Assembly (NCBI GenBank): GCA_010909165.1
Contig: MU008165.1
Location: 1,240,001-1,304,000 of the forward strand
Reading direction: 5' to 3'
DNA: 64,000 nucleotides
From: Anthoceros angustus
Lineage: Eukaryota > Plantae > Anthocerotophyta
A model generated the notes under the pieces. The model was not told the origin of the DNA. It was given only the letters and a program-made list of their open reading frames with translations, and ran no database searches. Below are positions 52,009-61,400 of this stretch, piece by piece. The position numbers were made by a program, and so were the translations under genes. Position 1 is the stretch's first letter, and the number at the start of each line of letters is the position of its first letter.

Positions 52009-52875
52009 TACTAGAAAGGGCAGCCTATGTTACACTTTTTGTTAAGATTTGAACCCCCCTTATTGCAATTATGTTGAAATCTTGGGGTCTTGTTACACTT
52101 ATTTGGCCCCTTGTTACACTCAGGGTTGGTAACCAACCCTCCATCTTGTTACAGTCGTGTTACAGTCTTGTTGCAATTTTGTTGCAGCAGTGAGAGGTGG
52201 TATCTGCCCCTTTCAAAATTTCAACATATTTGCAACTACCAAAGTGTTACATCCTCCCTTGTTACAGTTTTGCAGGCTTGGTACCGATCCTCCTCCCCAT
52301 GTTGGTTTGCCATTATTGCTTATATTCCTGTCCTTTTCCCCTGCCATTCTTGTTATGCGTGTACCAGACTATACGTATATAATATGCCTTGGCTTGCAGG
52401 TACGTATTTTCCGATATCATTATTGAAATACATATACGCAGCCCTTTCAAAATAATTATACGTACATGTGGCTTCCGTATTTGTGCACTATGTTTAGCAA
52501 TACGGTGCGGCCTGCATATTAAACGGGCGTTTGTTTCCAGCCTATCCGCTGCAGTGCCTTTTACGTCACTCGTATTTCGTGCCCTTGTAGGCGTCCCCCG
52601 TATAACGTACTTGTTTTGGAAACCCTTACAGTCTAAAAAAACAACAGAAGCCATTGTTTCGTGCAACCAACGGATGAGATGCCGGTTCTGCAGCCGCATC
52701 CACATCCAATATTCACCGTCCTCCCTCCGCGCGCGGGATGAATGAACCGGCATCCACATCCGCGGAGAACCGTGCTCCCTCGTCGCGCGGGAGGAATGAA
52801 CCGGCATCCACATCCGCGACTCCTCCTCCCTCGCGGGAGGTGTGAATTTGGGGTTGTGGTGGGCATTTTCTATTG
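52009..52875. mobile_element. Non-autonomous CACTA-like insertion nested in the Gypsy integrase
   Basis: Degenerate termini tactagaaa... and ...ttttctattg (consensus CACTAGAAA), 3-bp TSD CCC (52006-52008, 52876-52878); removing it restores the frame TGGVDKTY; internal subterminal tandem repeats. Confidence 0.7.
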
Positions 52876-53155
52876 CCCCGCCCGTTCTCGTTTCAGAGCA
52901 TGCCTACTCGTCGTCGTATGCGGCTGGAAGCTCCACCTCCCACACGGCTAGCGATTTTGCCCTTCCTTCCTCGGATCTGCTACCTTTTTCCTTCTCTTTG
53001 CGGCTCTGATTCCACCTGCTTCGGATTTGCAACAGATGACCACATGCCATTCCCATGGCCCTTGGCCTGTAAGTATACACATCTGGCCAGCAGTGCACTT
53101 GCAATTTCCAGGCTTACCTTCGCGGCCTTCTCTTTGGTTTGTTGCCGGCCACTTG

Positions 53156-55225
53156 CTACTGCAGTTGCGTGCTTGTCACCGTCCCTTGGGCAGCCACAGC
53201 CCTCGATCGTGTTACTCTTCCTTCCACATCCGCCTTCCTAGGCATTCCTCTTCCTTTCCTCTTCCGGCCGCCTCCATCCTCCATAACTTGCGTCACCTTT
53301 TCTGGAGCCCCGTTGTGCAGGTCCATGCTCTCGGCCTCTGACTCGGCCAGGTATGTGTCTGGTACAAAGTTGGGCACGGGCTCGTTCACATCTCCCTCCT
53401 CTTCCGCCACCTCCCTGTTCTCTTCCTCCTCGTCACCATGCCGTGACGCCGTCAATCTGTCCATTGGTGGCTGCTGGAATCCCCGTGACAGATGTCCATT
53501 TCTCTCTCTCGTCTCCATTCCCTGGCTGCCCCCAATGACGGCAACGTTTTTTTTGCACCATTGGGCACACATGTCGTCACCCCACGGTCTCCCCCTGCTG
53601 CCCTCCTTTGTTCCTCCTGCCCATCCTGTTGCGCCCCTACCAGCCTTGATGTCCGCTGTATTTCTCGAGCCACCCACAGCCACCATGTCCCCCCCTCCAC
53701 GATCATGACCACCGCTGTGTTCTGCCACAACCATGTCCGTTCGTGGTGTCGCTGGGACCACCACCTCAACGCCCTCACCATAGTCGACGATGTCAGTCGC
53801 CTTGCCCCTGGCTGCCATCACACTGTCATGCGTTTGCCCCACCGTGTTAGCGTTTCCTTCTCTCCCCGGTCGCACCCCGGTTTTGCTTGTTCTCTCATTT
53901 TGTGCTCCATGGCCTTCCACTTGCCTTGGCGTCCTGTCCTCCCATGGTCGATCGTTCATCTCGTGACGTCCGTGTGCATGTCGGGTTCCACTTCTGCTTT
54001 GTTGTCCCATGCCATTCGTCCTTCCTTCCTGCACATTCGTCCGCGGTTTTCCTCCACCACATGCTGGTGGCTCCCCTTCTGCGACTCGAATGCCTGCCCG
54101 CCTCACATCCACCGCCCTACTGTCCGTTTCGAAAGATTGACCCAGCCCCACTATCCTCCTCCTTGGGAAGGCCACGAGATCAGGATCCTTCTCCAGCTCT
54201 ATATCATTCAGCAACGCAGTCCTTTCCCGCGTTCTCCTGGCAATCTCCTGCATCTGCTGGGTTCGTCCATACTTTGCCTCCCTCACACGTCTGAGGAACT
54301 CCGGCACCGAATCACCCCTGTCGCGGACTGCCCATAGCCCTTCCATGTTTGTCGTTCCTTCTAGCATTCCATACTCTGCCTCGTCATCTGCAGGATACGT
54401 GCCATACCGTTTGTGAAAACGCAACACCCAGCCTGTCCGGCCTCCCTTTCCCCACGGGTTTGGACCCATACCGCCATTTTTGGCTAGTCTCTCAATGACG
54501 TAGGTCTGGTGGTCTTGCAGGAGGTGGACGATGTTCTTCTTCCAGTCTACCTCCAGCTGATCCGAGTGACTGGCTAACCAAAGCTTGCCTATGATCAGGT
54601 CATGGCAGAGCGAGGGCATCACGGTCAGCTTGAGAACCTCCTTGAACCCACCTGGAAAGGTAAGCTCTGCTTCCGTCCACTGTTCTCTACTTGTCTCCTT
54701 CTCGCCTAGGGCTGTGATCACTGTGGAGACCTGACCTGTGTCCTTGACTGACAGGCCAGCTCTTTCTATAGCTGCCTTTGACACATAATGATGACTGGCC
54801 CCAGAGTCAAGCAACCCTGTGGCCCGGACTCCGGCTAATGACACCTCAAGTTTGATAGGTACGTGAGCTAGCTGGCATGCAGCAACTGATCCGGGTTTAC
54901 ATGCAGGATCAAGGATGGCAGCAGCTAGAGTGGGTTCACTAACCTCTGTGAGGGTTATGGCGTGTCCGCTCTTGACAGGGGCTGGGGAGGCGCCGCTCCT
55001 GTGGACTTGCCTGTCTCCTTCAGCCAGCTTATGAAGTCCCTCACGAAAGGCGGTTGAGCCATGGCCGGACGGCGGGTAAGCATTTCCTGGCCTTCTTGTA
55101 GTCCTCCTTCTCTTCCTCCGTGAGGATTCTGAAGGTTGGCTTCTTCTCTGTGGCGCTTGCAGACTTGCTCCACTTGGGCTTGAGAGGGACTGTTGAGGAG
55201 AGATGCTTGTACTTGTTGGTGCCAT
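53156..55225 (-). CDS. Gypsy polyprotein part: gag end, aspartic protease, then about 450 codons of low-complexity sequence without RT
   Basis: LLDSGASHHYV protease motif and DLIIGKLWL; downstream G/R/E-rich open frame with no YxDD or RNase H motif. Confidence 0.8.
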   Translation of the reverse strand: MAPTSTSISPQQSLSSPSGASLQAPQRRSQPSESSRRKRRRTTRRPGNAYPPSGHGSTAFREGLHKLAEGDRQVHRSGASPAPVKSGHAITLTEVSEPTLAAAILDPACKPGSVAACQLAHVPIKLEVSLAGVRATGLLDSGASHHYVSKAAIERAGLSVKDTGQVSTVITALGEKETSREQWTEAELTFPGGFKEVLKLTVMPSLCHDLIIGKLWLASHSDQLEVDWKKNIVHLLQDHQTYVIERLAKNGGMGPNPWGKGGRTGWVLRFHKRYGTYPADDEAEYGMLEGTTNMEGLWAVRDRGDSVPEFLRRVREAKYGRTQQMQEIARRTRERTALLNDIELEKDPDLVAFPRRRIVGLGQSFETDSRAVDVRRAGIRVAEGEPPACGGGKPRTNVQEGRTNGMGQQSRSGTRHAHGRHEMNDRPWEDRTPRQVEGHGAQNERTSKTGVRPGREGNANTVGQTHDSVMAARGKATDIVDYGEGVEVVVPATPRTDMVVAEHSGGHDRGGGDMVAVGGSRNTADIKAGRGATGWAGGTKEGSRGRPWGDDMCAQWCKKNVAVIGGSQGMETRERNGHLSRGFQQPPMDRLTASRHGDEEEENREVAEEEGDVNEPVPNFVPDTYLAESEAESMDLHNGAPEKVTQVMEDGGGRKRKGRGMPRKADVEGRVTRSRAVAAQGTVTSTQLQ

Positions 55226-56425
55226 AGTTGATGGCCGCCTTCATGGCCTCCACTAGGGTTGTGGGGCTCGTCTGGTTCACGTCTGCCCTCATCTCGAACT
55301 TCCACCCATCTATGAACTTCTCGATTTTCTGCTCCTCATCCAACCTAGGCATGTCAAGTGTGAGTTGTAAGAACTTGTCACAGTACTCTTGAATTGTGCC
55401 TTGTTGGAAAATCTTCTGAGCTCGTCAGTCCTTGCGGTGGTTCACCGCGAACTGCTTCAAGGAAGATCTCGGAAGGCTGGCCAAGAGTAGACTGGGGACT
55501 CCATGCCGAGGTCGACTTGCTTCTCCCGCTGGCGCCACCATCGGTAAGCATACCCCTCCAGTGACATGACGCAGAACTGGATCTTCTGCAAATCATCTTT
55601 GTCATAGGCAGCAAGATATTTGTCAATCTTGTCTAACCAGTCGTGGACGCTCTGGGCATCCTTGGCTCCTCCATCGAAGGTAGTTGTCTTGATTTTTCGG
55701 TGGAGCTCCTTGTCCAGCTGGGGCCTGGGTTTGAACTGGTATTCCTCACCTTCTTGAGCTTCGCTGTTGGATTTTCCCCGCTGGTTCTCCTAGTGCTCGT
55801 ACCTCATCAGCTGCAGGCGCCTGACCATGGCCTTGAGATCTTTGTTGTCCTTCTCGCCAGGTAAGAGTTCCACGACCAGCCTTTTCAGTTCCTCGTCTAC
55901 TGTGCTCAAGTCACGTTCGCTAAGGCTTGGCATGGCCCTTGCTTCCTTCCTACCCTCTGAAGCCTGACCCAAGGGTGCCAAGGGGGTCGAATGGTGCGTG
56001 CCCTCAGCTGACTCTGTGGGCCTGGATGTCTTGTGGCAGGGTGAGGGAGGTAAAGGCCCTGGGGGTGATGACTGCTCCAGCATCTGGAGCACACCCTCCA
56101 GCTACCTTTCCATCAGCGCATGCCCCTCCCCCACTTGGGCTTCGAGCTTGCTGATGGACTCCTCGACCTTTCCGAGTAGCTGGCATTGGCCGGAGAGGGA
56201 GTTGCGCAACTCCTCACAGGTGAGTTCCATCCCGTGGGTCCTCCCCTCCAGCTGTCGCAAAGCTGATTCTCTGGCTAACTCCTCCTCTGGCGGGTCCTGG
56301 CCTCCTGTGGATGCAGGTGGTTGGGGCCCGCTCAGGCTGATTCCACTCCGTTTCCGGGGTCGCCCTCGCCTTCGGATTCCAGGTTTGGCTAACCACCTGA
56401 TTGTGTGTTGTCTCAGGTTTCCCAA
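55041..56425 (-). pseudogene. Gypsy gag, frameshifted
   Basis: TFDGGA...DWLDKIDKYL, WWR and KIEKFIDG...PTTLVEAMKAA gag-like motifs split across frames. Confidence 0.75.
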
Positions 56426-57355
56426 CGTGGCGTCTCAATCACGCCTTGGCCAGCGGTTGGTCACCACGCCTGGGCCGCGCTGCCTCACTGTAGCCGGGCG
56501 GTGCTCCTTGGCGACCCGATCTTGGTCGGGATTGGTCCCCTCCACGCGCCCGAGGGCTCTCGAATCGAGGAGCCTCCTTCTGTCAGACGCCGAGCCTAGC
56601 CTCAGCGATCCTGTCCGCCGATCCCAGATCCGAGGTCTGGGGCCTGGGAATCGTTGGACAGTGGCTCTGATACCACAGATGCTACGACCGTACAAGCTAG
56701 CTTAGTGGAGATAGGACGGTTTTCATTCATTGTGATCGAGTTTTTATACATGTCTTGAGGGGCGGCCAAGAAGTAGGCGTCCACAACAACGAGGTTGTTG
56801 GGCCGTTAAAGGTTGTTAAAGTTAGTTTTCCCTAAGTAAAATACTTAATCCCTGTTTAGCGGCTAGTTAATCTAGGGTTATTTACCGATTCGACTTAACG
56901 GCTACACAAAGTTAGGTTCGTCCAAAAGTCGTCTTCTTGAAGACGACAACCAGGTTGAAACCTGGTTGTCTGTTTCGTTATGCGATTTTCGTTAGGTACC
57001 TCCTGGGTCGGTTCCTGCTGCCTCATCCGGCTATGGCTGAAGGCGGCTTCGTTCCCGATAGCTACACACGCAGACTGGCCATTGTTGTGCGTGTGTCATA
57101 CTTGGTACATCAACAGGGTTTCAAGTCCGTGCGATACTCTAACAGTATTTTAACCGTTTTCGGACGTTTTTGGAATGTGTTCCTACCCGACTGACTGCAT
57201 ATGTACTAATTTTTTGTACGTATTAATTAGGTGTTAAAAACATATAAATATTATCTATGGCATATTATTTAACTGCATATGAACTAATTTTTTGTACGTA
57301 TTAATTAGGTATTGAAAAATACCATAGTCGGGCTCTTACTTGGTCGCTCTTCAGT

Positions 57356-57468
57356 ATTGAGCTTTGGTCTTATAAGACCAAAGCTCAATGGCATGTTATA
57401 AATGTAGGAATTGGCCATCCGTGCATAAATGCATGGATGGCCAATTCCTACATTTATAACATGCCATT
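57356..57468. other. Two abutting hairpins: perfect 34-bp palindrome and an 82-nt hairpin with a 39-bp stem
   Basis: attgagctttggtctta|taagaccaaagctcaat (57356-57389); 57387-57425 pairs with 57430-57468 with a single G-T pair, loop taaa. Confidence 0.9.
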
Positions 57469-57578
57469 TAGAGATCAAAGTCTCATTTACTACTTTATAG
57501 TTTGAAGGAAGCGAGATCTGATGTTCCAATAAGGGAGAGATCTCATTTAGAGAGTTCATAATTAAATACGACCGACAT

Positions 57579-58991
57579 TATCACAGTCAGATGCATGCAG
57601 ACTGTGAGCGGACAAGCAGGACAAGCCAGCTTGGTGATAGATGCTAGCTATGTAATCAGTAGCTAAACGGACTGCACGCTAGTGTAGGAAGACGCAACAA
57701 TGAGCACGCTAGGGCGTGCAATAGGAAGCTGGTTGAGGCAAATAGGCCAACCAGGGTTAGACGGACAACATATTAGGCTAACCCAGATGACACTAACCTA
57801 CTCAAAACCCCAGTCAAGGAGAAAAGAACAGGTACACGGATAGGAGCGGGGGCTCCTTCAGCCCGTTCCCAAGAATCAAGACTCTCTCTTGCATTCCATC
57901 CTGCCGCGCCCTTCGTGCCTTGGTCTCCCGTCCCGGAGGAATGCCGATTACATCCTGATATCAGAGCCAGGACGCGAGTGCTGATCAATGATCGATCCGA
58001 ATAGCCGCATTGAGTGGATCAGACGGTAGCGATTTGGGCTGACCAAAAGAACACTCATCGAGTGGGGGGGAGTCAGCAGGCTAGGGGCCGAAGGAATGTG
58101 GGAGCATCTGTGACAGGAAGTTGTTATCTAGCTGAGATGGATGGCAATGTGGTGAGTAAGGAAGTTTCTGCCCAGTCGACTTGCCGAGTCATTGGAAGCA
58201 TCAGCTAAGAAGAGCGCAACATCGAAGCTGATGGAGGGAAGTACGGTATTGCAGCCTGAATTTCTAGATCTGCAGCTAGGAGAGAAGGACCCAACCCTGT
58301 CAAGCAGTAGTCAGGCTGGTCAGATGAAGGAAGAGGGAAGGAAGTGCAACAACTTGCCGAGAAGACACAAGTTCAAGCTAAGTGACCAGCTCATCTTCCA
58401 GCCTGCAGAGATTCTTGATGTCAGAAAGCGCGCATTGCGGGGTAGGATCGTGAAGGAATTCCTGGTGAGATGGGCAGGCGACTATCAAGAGGACCCGAAC
58501 TGGGAAACTGAGGCCTTTATCGAAACTTTTCAACACCTCAGCAAACCCAGAGAAGAGAATGAAGAACGAGGCCCTCCTGATGCTCTTTAGAGGAAGGAGG
58601 AAGATGTCACAATCAGATGCATGTAGACTATGAGTGGACAAGCAGGACAAGCCAGCTTGATGATAGATGCTAGCTATGTGATCAGTAGCTAGACGGACTG
58701 CAGGCTAGCGTAGGAAGACGCAACAACGAGCACGTTAGGGCAGGCAATAGGAAGCTGATTGAGGCAGATAGGCCAACCACGATTAGACGGACAATAGATT
58801 AGGCTAACCCATATGACACTAACCTAGCTGGTAGCCAGACTCAGATTCCTGGTCAATGATAAAAGGACACGTGCACGGACAGGAGCGGGGGCTACTTAAT
58901 CCTGTTCCCAAGAACCAAGACTCTCTCTCGCATTCCATCCTGCCGCGCCCTTCGTGTCTTGGTCTCCAGTCTCAGAGGAATGTCGATTACA
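57579..58991 (+). mobile_element. TRIM-like miniature LTR retroelement (1413 bp) encoding only a chromodomain
   Basis: LTRs 57579-57952 and 58605-58991; PBS tgatatcagagcc (57956-57968, one mismatch to iMet); PPT agaggaaggaggaaga; near-TSD GACAT/GATAT; internal 652 bp. Confidence 0.9.
58192..58590 (+). CDS. Retroelement-type chromodomain ORF inside the TRIM-like element
   Basis: FQPAEILDVRKRALRGRIVKEFLVRWAGDYQEDPNWE matches the integrase-associated chromodomain pattern; the ORF ends just before the PPT. Confidence 0.7.
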   Translation: MEASAKKSATSKLMEGSTVLQPEFLDLQLGEKDPTLSSSSQAGQMKEEGRKCNNLPRRHKFKLSDQLIFQPAEILDVRKRALRGRIVKEFLVRWAGDYQEDPNWETEAFIETFQHLSKPREENEERGPPDAL

Positions 58992-59161
58992 GATATTAAT
59001 ACCAAATTTCATACTTTGCTATTAACGCCAAAAGAACAAAACCTCTCACTTTGAGTCATGGGCCAACTGCGACACCAAATTTCACACTTTTATGAACCGT
59101 AGTATGACGAATCTCTAAGTCCATAATATATTTTCACATGTATATTTTTTTATCATTCTTT

Positions 59162-59926
59162 TTACCTTGCAGCCCTTGAGTGAACTGCGCCAAGCCCATC
59201 AGCACCCTCTACAATAGATGGCAAGGGGAAGAAAAACCAACTGGTGTTTTCAAAAGCTGTGATCAAATTTTCTTCAAATTCTAAACTCACAATCGGATAT
59301 TCCTGCACAACTTTAGCTATTTGTACAAGGTTTGCGCATTTTTTGTTTTCATGCACATGGAGTTTCACCCAATCATATTTCTTCAAACTATTTCCCAAAA
59401 ACATCGCTTTACCTGAACATGTGAGGTGTTTGTTAGATCTTATAACAACTTCGTAAAAAAGAGCAGGACAATGTGGCATGTAGAATATGGTGGGTTCAAA
59501 GAAACGCAAAGCTCCCATCTTATTATGTTTTAGTATTGAACACCCAAGGTCTTCTAATACAGATTGTTGTATAGCGTTCCATATAGGATCATACATAATA
59601 ATTTGTTTTACACCTTGAAGAGTTTTATTGAGTAAAAGTGCAAGAGCCAATTGATATCGTGAGTTCTCAATCCCTAGGTCGCCTAATCCATATACAACAA
59701 GTTGCTTGAATAAAAAATGACGAAATTGTGATAAGTTTTGCATCTGGTTGTAGAATTCTCTGAAAAACCGTGATGACATGATTTGCTCTTCTGCATCCTT
59801 ACACATTGCCATTAACATTCTTTTTTGCGTCAGAACATCTCCATGTTTCACTTCTTTTATCAAGTTATCGTTTATTGATGGAGATATTGGAATATTGTTG
59901 GTTTGTACTCCACTAAGTCCATCCAT
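59162..59926 (-). CDS. SRR1-domain protein, copy 2, intronless
   Basis: LVVYGLG, SRYQLAL, MYDP, LGC, PTIFYMPHCP, AFENTSWFFF; clearly paralogous to 764-1474. Confidence 0.8.
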   Translation of the reverse strand: MDGLSGVQTNNIPISPSINDNLIKEVKHGDVLTQKRMLMAMCKDAEEQIMSSRFFREFYNQMQNLSQFRHFLFKQLVVYGLGDLGIENSRYQLALALLLNKTLQGVKQIIMYDPIWNAIQQSVLEDLGCSILKHNKMGALRFFEPTIFYMPHCPALFYEVVIRSNKHLTCSGKAMFLGNSLKKYDWVKLHVHENKKCANLVQIAKVVQEYPIVSLEFEENLITAFENTSWFFFPLPSIVEGADGLGAVHSRAAR

Positions 59927-61400
59927 CCTGAGGATATGAAGGTTGAAAGAAAAATAAATATTCTTTAAATCAAAAGATTTGTGGACCTAAGTTGGTTAGA
60001 AAGAAGAAGAAATATCCTTTTGACTAAGTGGGACCTAAGTTGGTTGTTGGAAACCTAACCTTAAATTTTGGAGCCACATGACCATCTTTTATAGTTGTAC
60101 TCGTTATTGACCGCTGATCAAAGAAGGAAAGCAATCTTTTATAGTTGTACCTGTTATTGACCACTATTCAATAAAAGAAAGAAATTATGAAGGCTAACCC
60201 TATGTATAGTCGTTTACCTTTCTCTTCAATCGGGAAGGTTCAAATTTAGAAAATCTGCTTATGAGATTTTTCTCTTAGGAACCTTATAGAGCTTTAATTC
60301 GCCTTTCCTCTAGCTAGCTCTCCACAATGCTTTAAGCAATGTCTCAAGGAATAACCTAATTTTCAAGAGCTGGTCCTTATATACACAAAATCTTTTTAAG
60401 TTTCAAGAGCTTGCCCCCTTATGTCCCTCAAGCTCGTTCAATATGGGCAATTGCTTTGTATGGGATTCCATGCGACTACACTATGCACACTCCTTTTTAG
60501 GAAACATGCATGTGACTCTTGTCCCAACATGGGGCTAACAAGGCAGCTTCCACAAGTAGCCTGTATTCCCACCTTTTCATTTTATTTTACATGTTTCACC
60601 TTGTATTTTATAAAATTATACAATATAATAAAATTAGCTTTATTTTATAAGATATAAGTGATTATAGGTAGATCTAACTATGAAAAGATACTCATGCTGG
60701 AGCATGAGGCATGATAGATTGGATTGATTATTTATGTATGTATATAGATCATAGCGCATGGTCGAGTACGTAGAGTCACGGTTTGGACACATGATATCTA
60801 ACATATTCTAGGACAACACTTCAGCATACTATAAAATAAAAGATTACTTCATACCTTTTAGGTTGTGTCTTTTCCTTGGTCCGGGCTTGCACGGAAGGAG
60901 CATTTTATCATGAGAGACTGAAAACAAGTTTGAGTTCCTTTGTCCTTAAGGCGCTTAAAGGGCAAGTAGCTGCTACATCATGGATGCTAAAATTAAGAGC
61001 AGACCCCTTGCGTAGCTACTACACATGGATCCACAAGTTCAGGCAGGCGCCTCCCGCCAAACCTCAGAGCGCGGAAGCTAACCATAGCAATATTTCCTTT
61101 GCTGCAGATGAGGTGGGATCGGTCTGATATTTCTCGGACTTCCTGATTTTGTCGCTAACCTATCACACACAAAGTTGTCGAAATCCATGTCTGCTGAACA
61201 CAGCCAAATTCGAAAAAAATAAGCCCGGAAGGCCGACCTGATGTATTCGTAGCGAAAATGAAGGCATGGTATCTGAAATCGCGTGATGCAAAATCATACA
61301 CCACGGATGAGCTTGCCAGCATCGATGAAGTAGCCGCTCTCTGCTGGGTACCTGACTACTTCATGCTGAATGATAAATTAGAGACATCAAGCGCGGTTGA

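Larger units (their letters stand above)
50285..57098 (-). mobile_element. Ty3/Gypsy chromovirus-like LTR retrotransposon, both LTRs present, lacking RT/RNase H
   Basis: LTRs 56680-57098 (5') and 50285-50687 (3') with TG...CA ends; perfect 5-bp TSD TACTT; tRNA-iMet PBS tggtatcagagcc (56663-56675); PPT at 50688-50702; gag, protease, integrase and chromodomain remnants. Confidence 0.95.
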
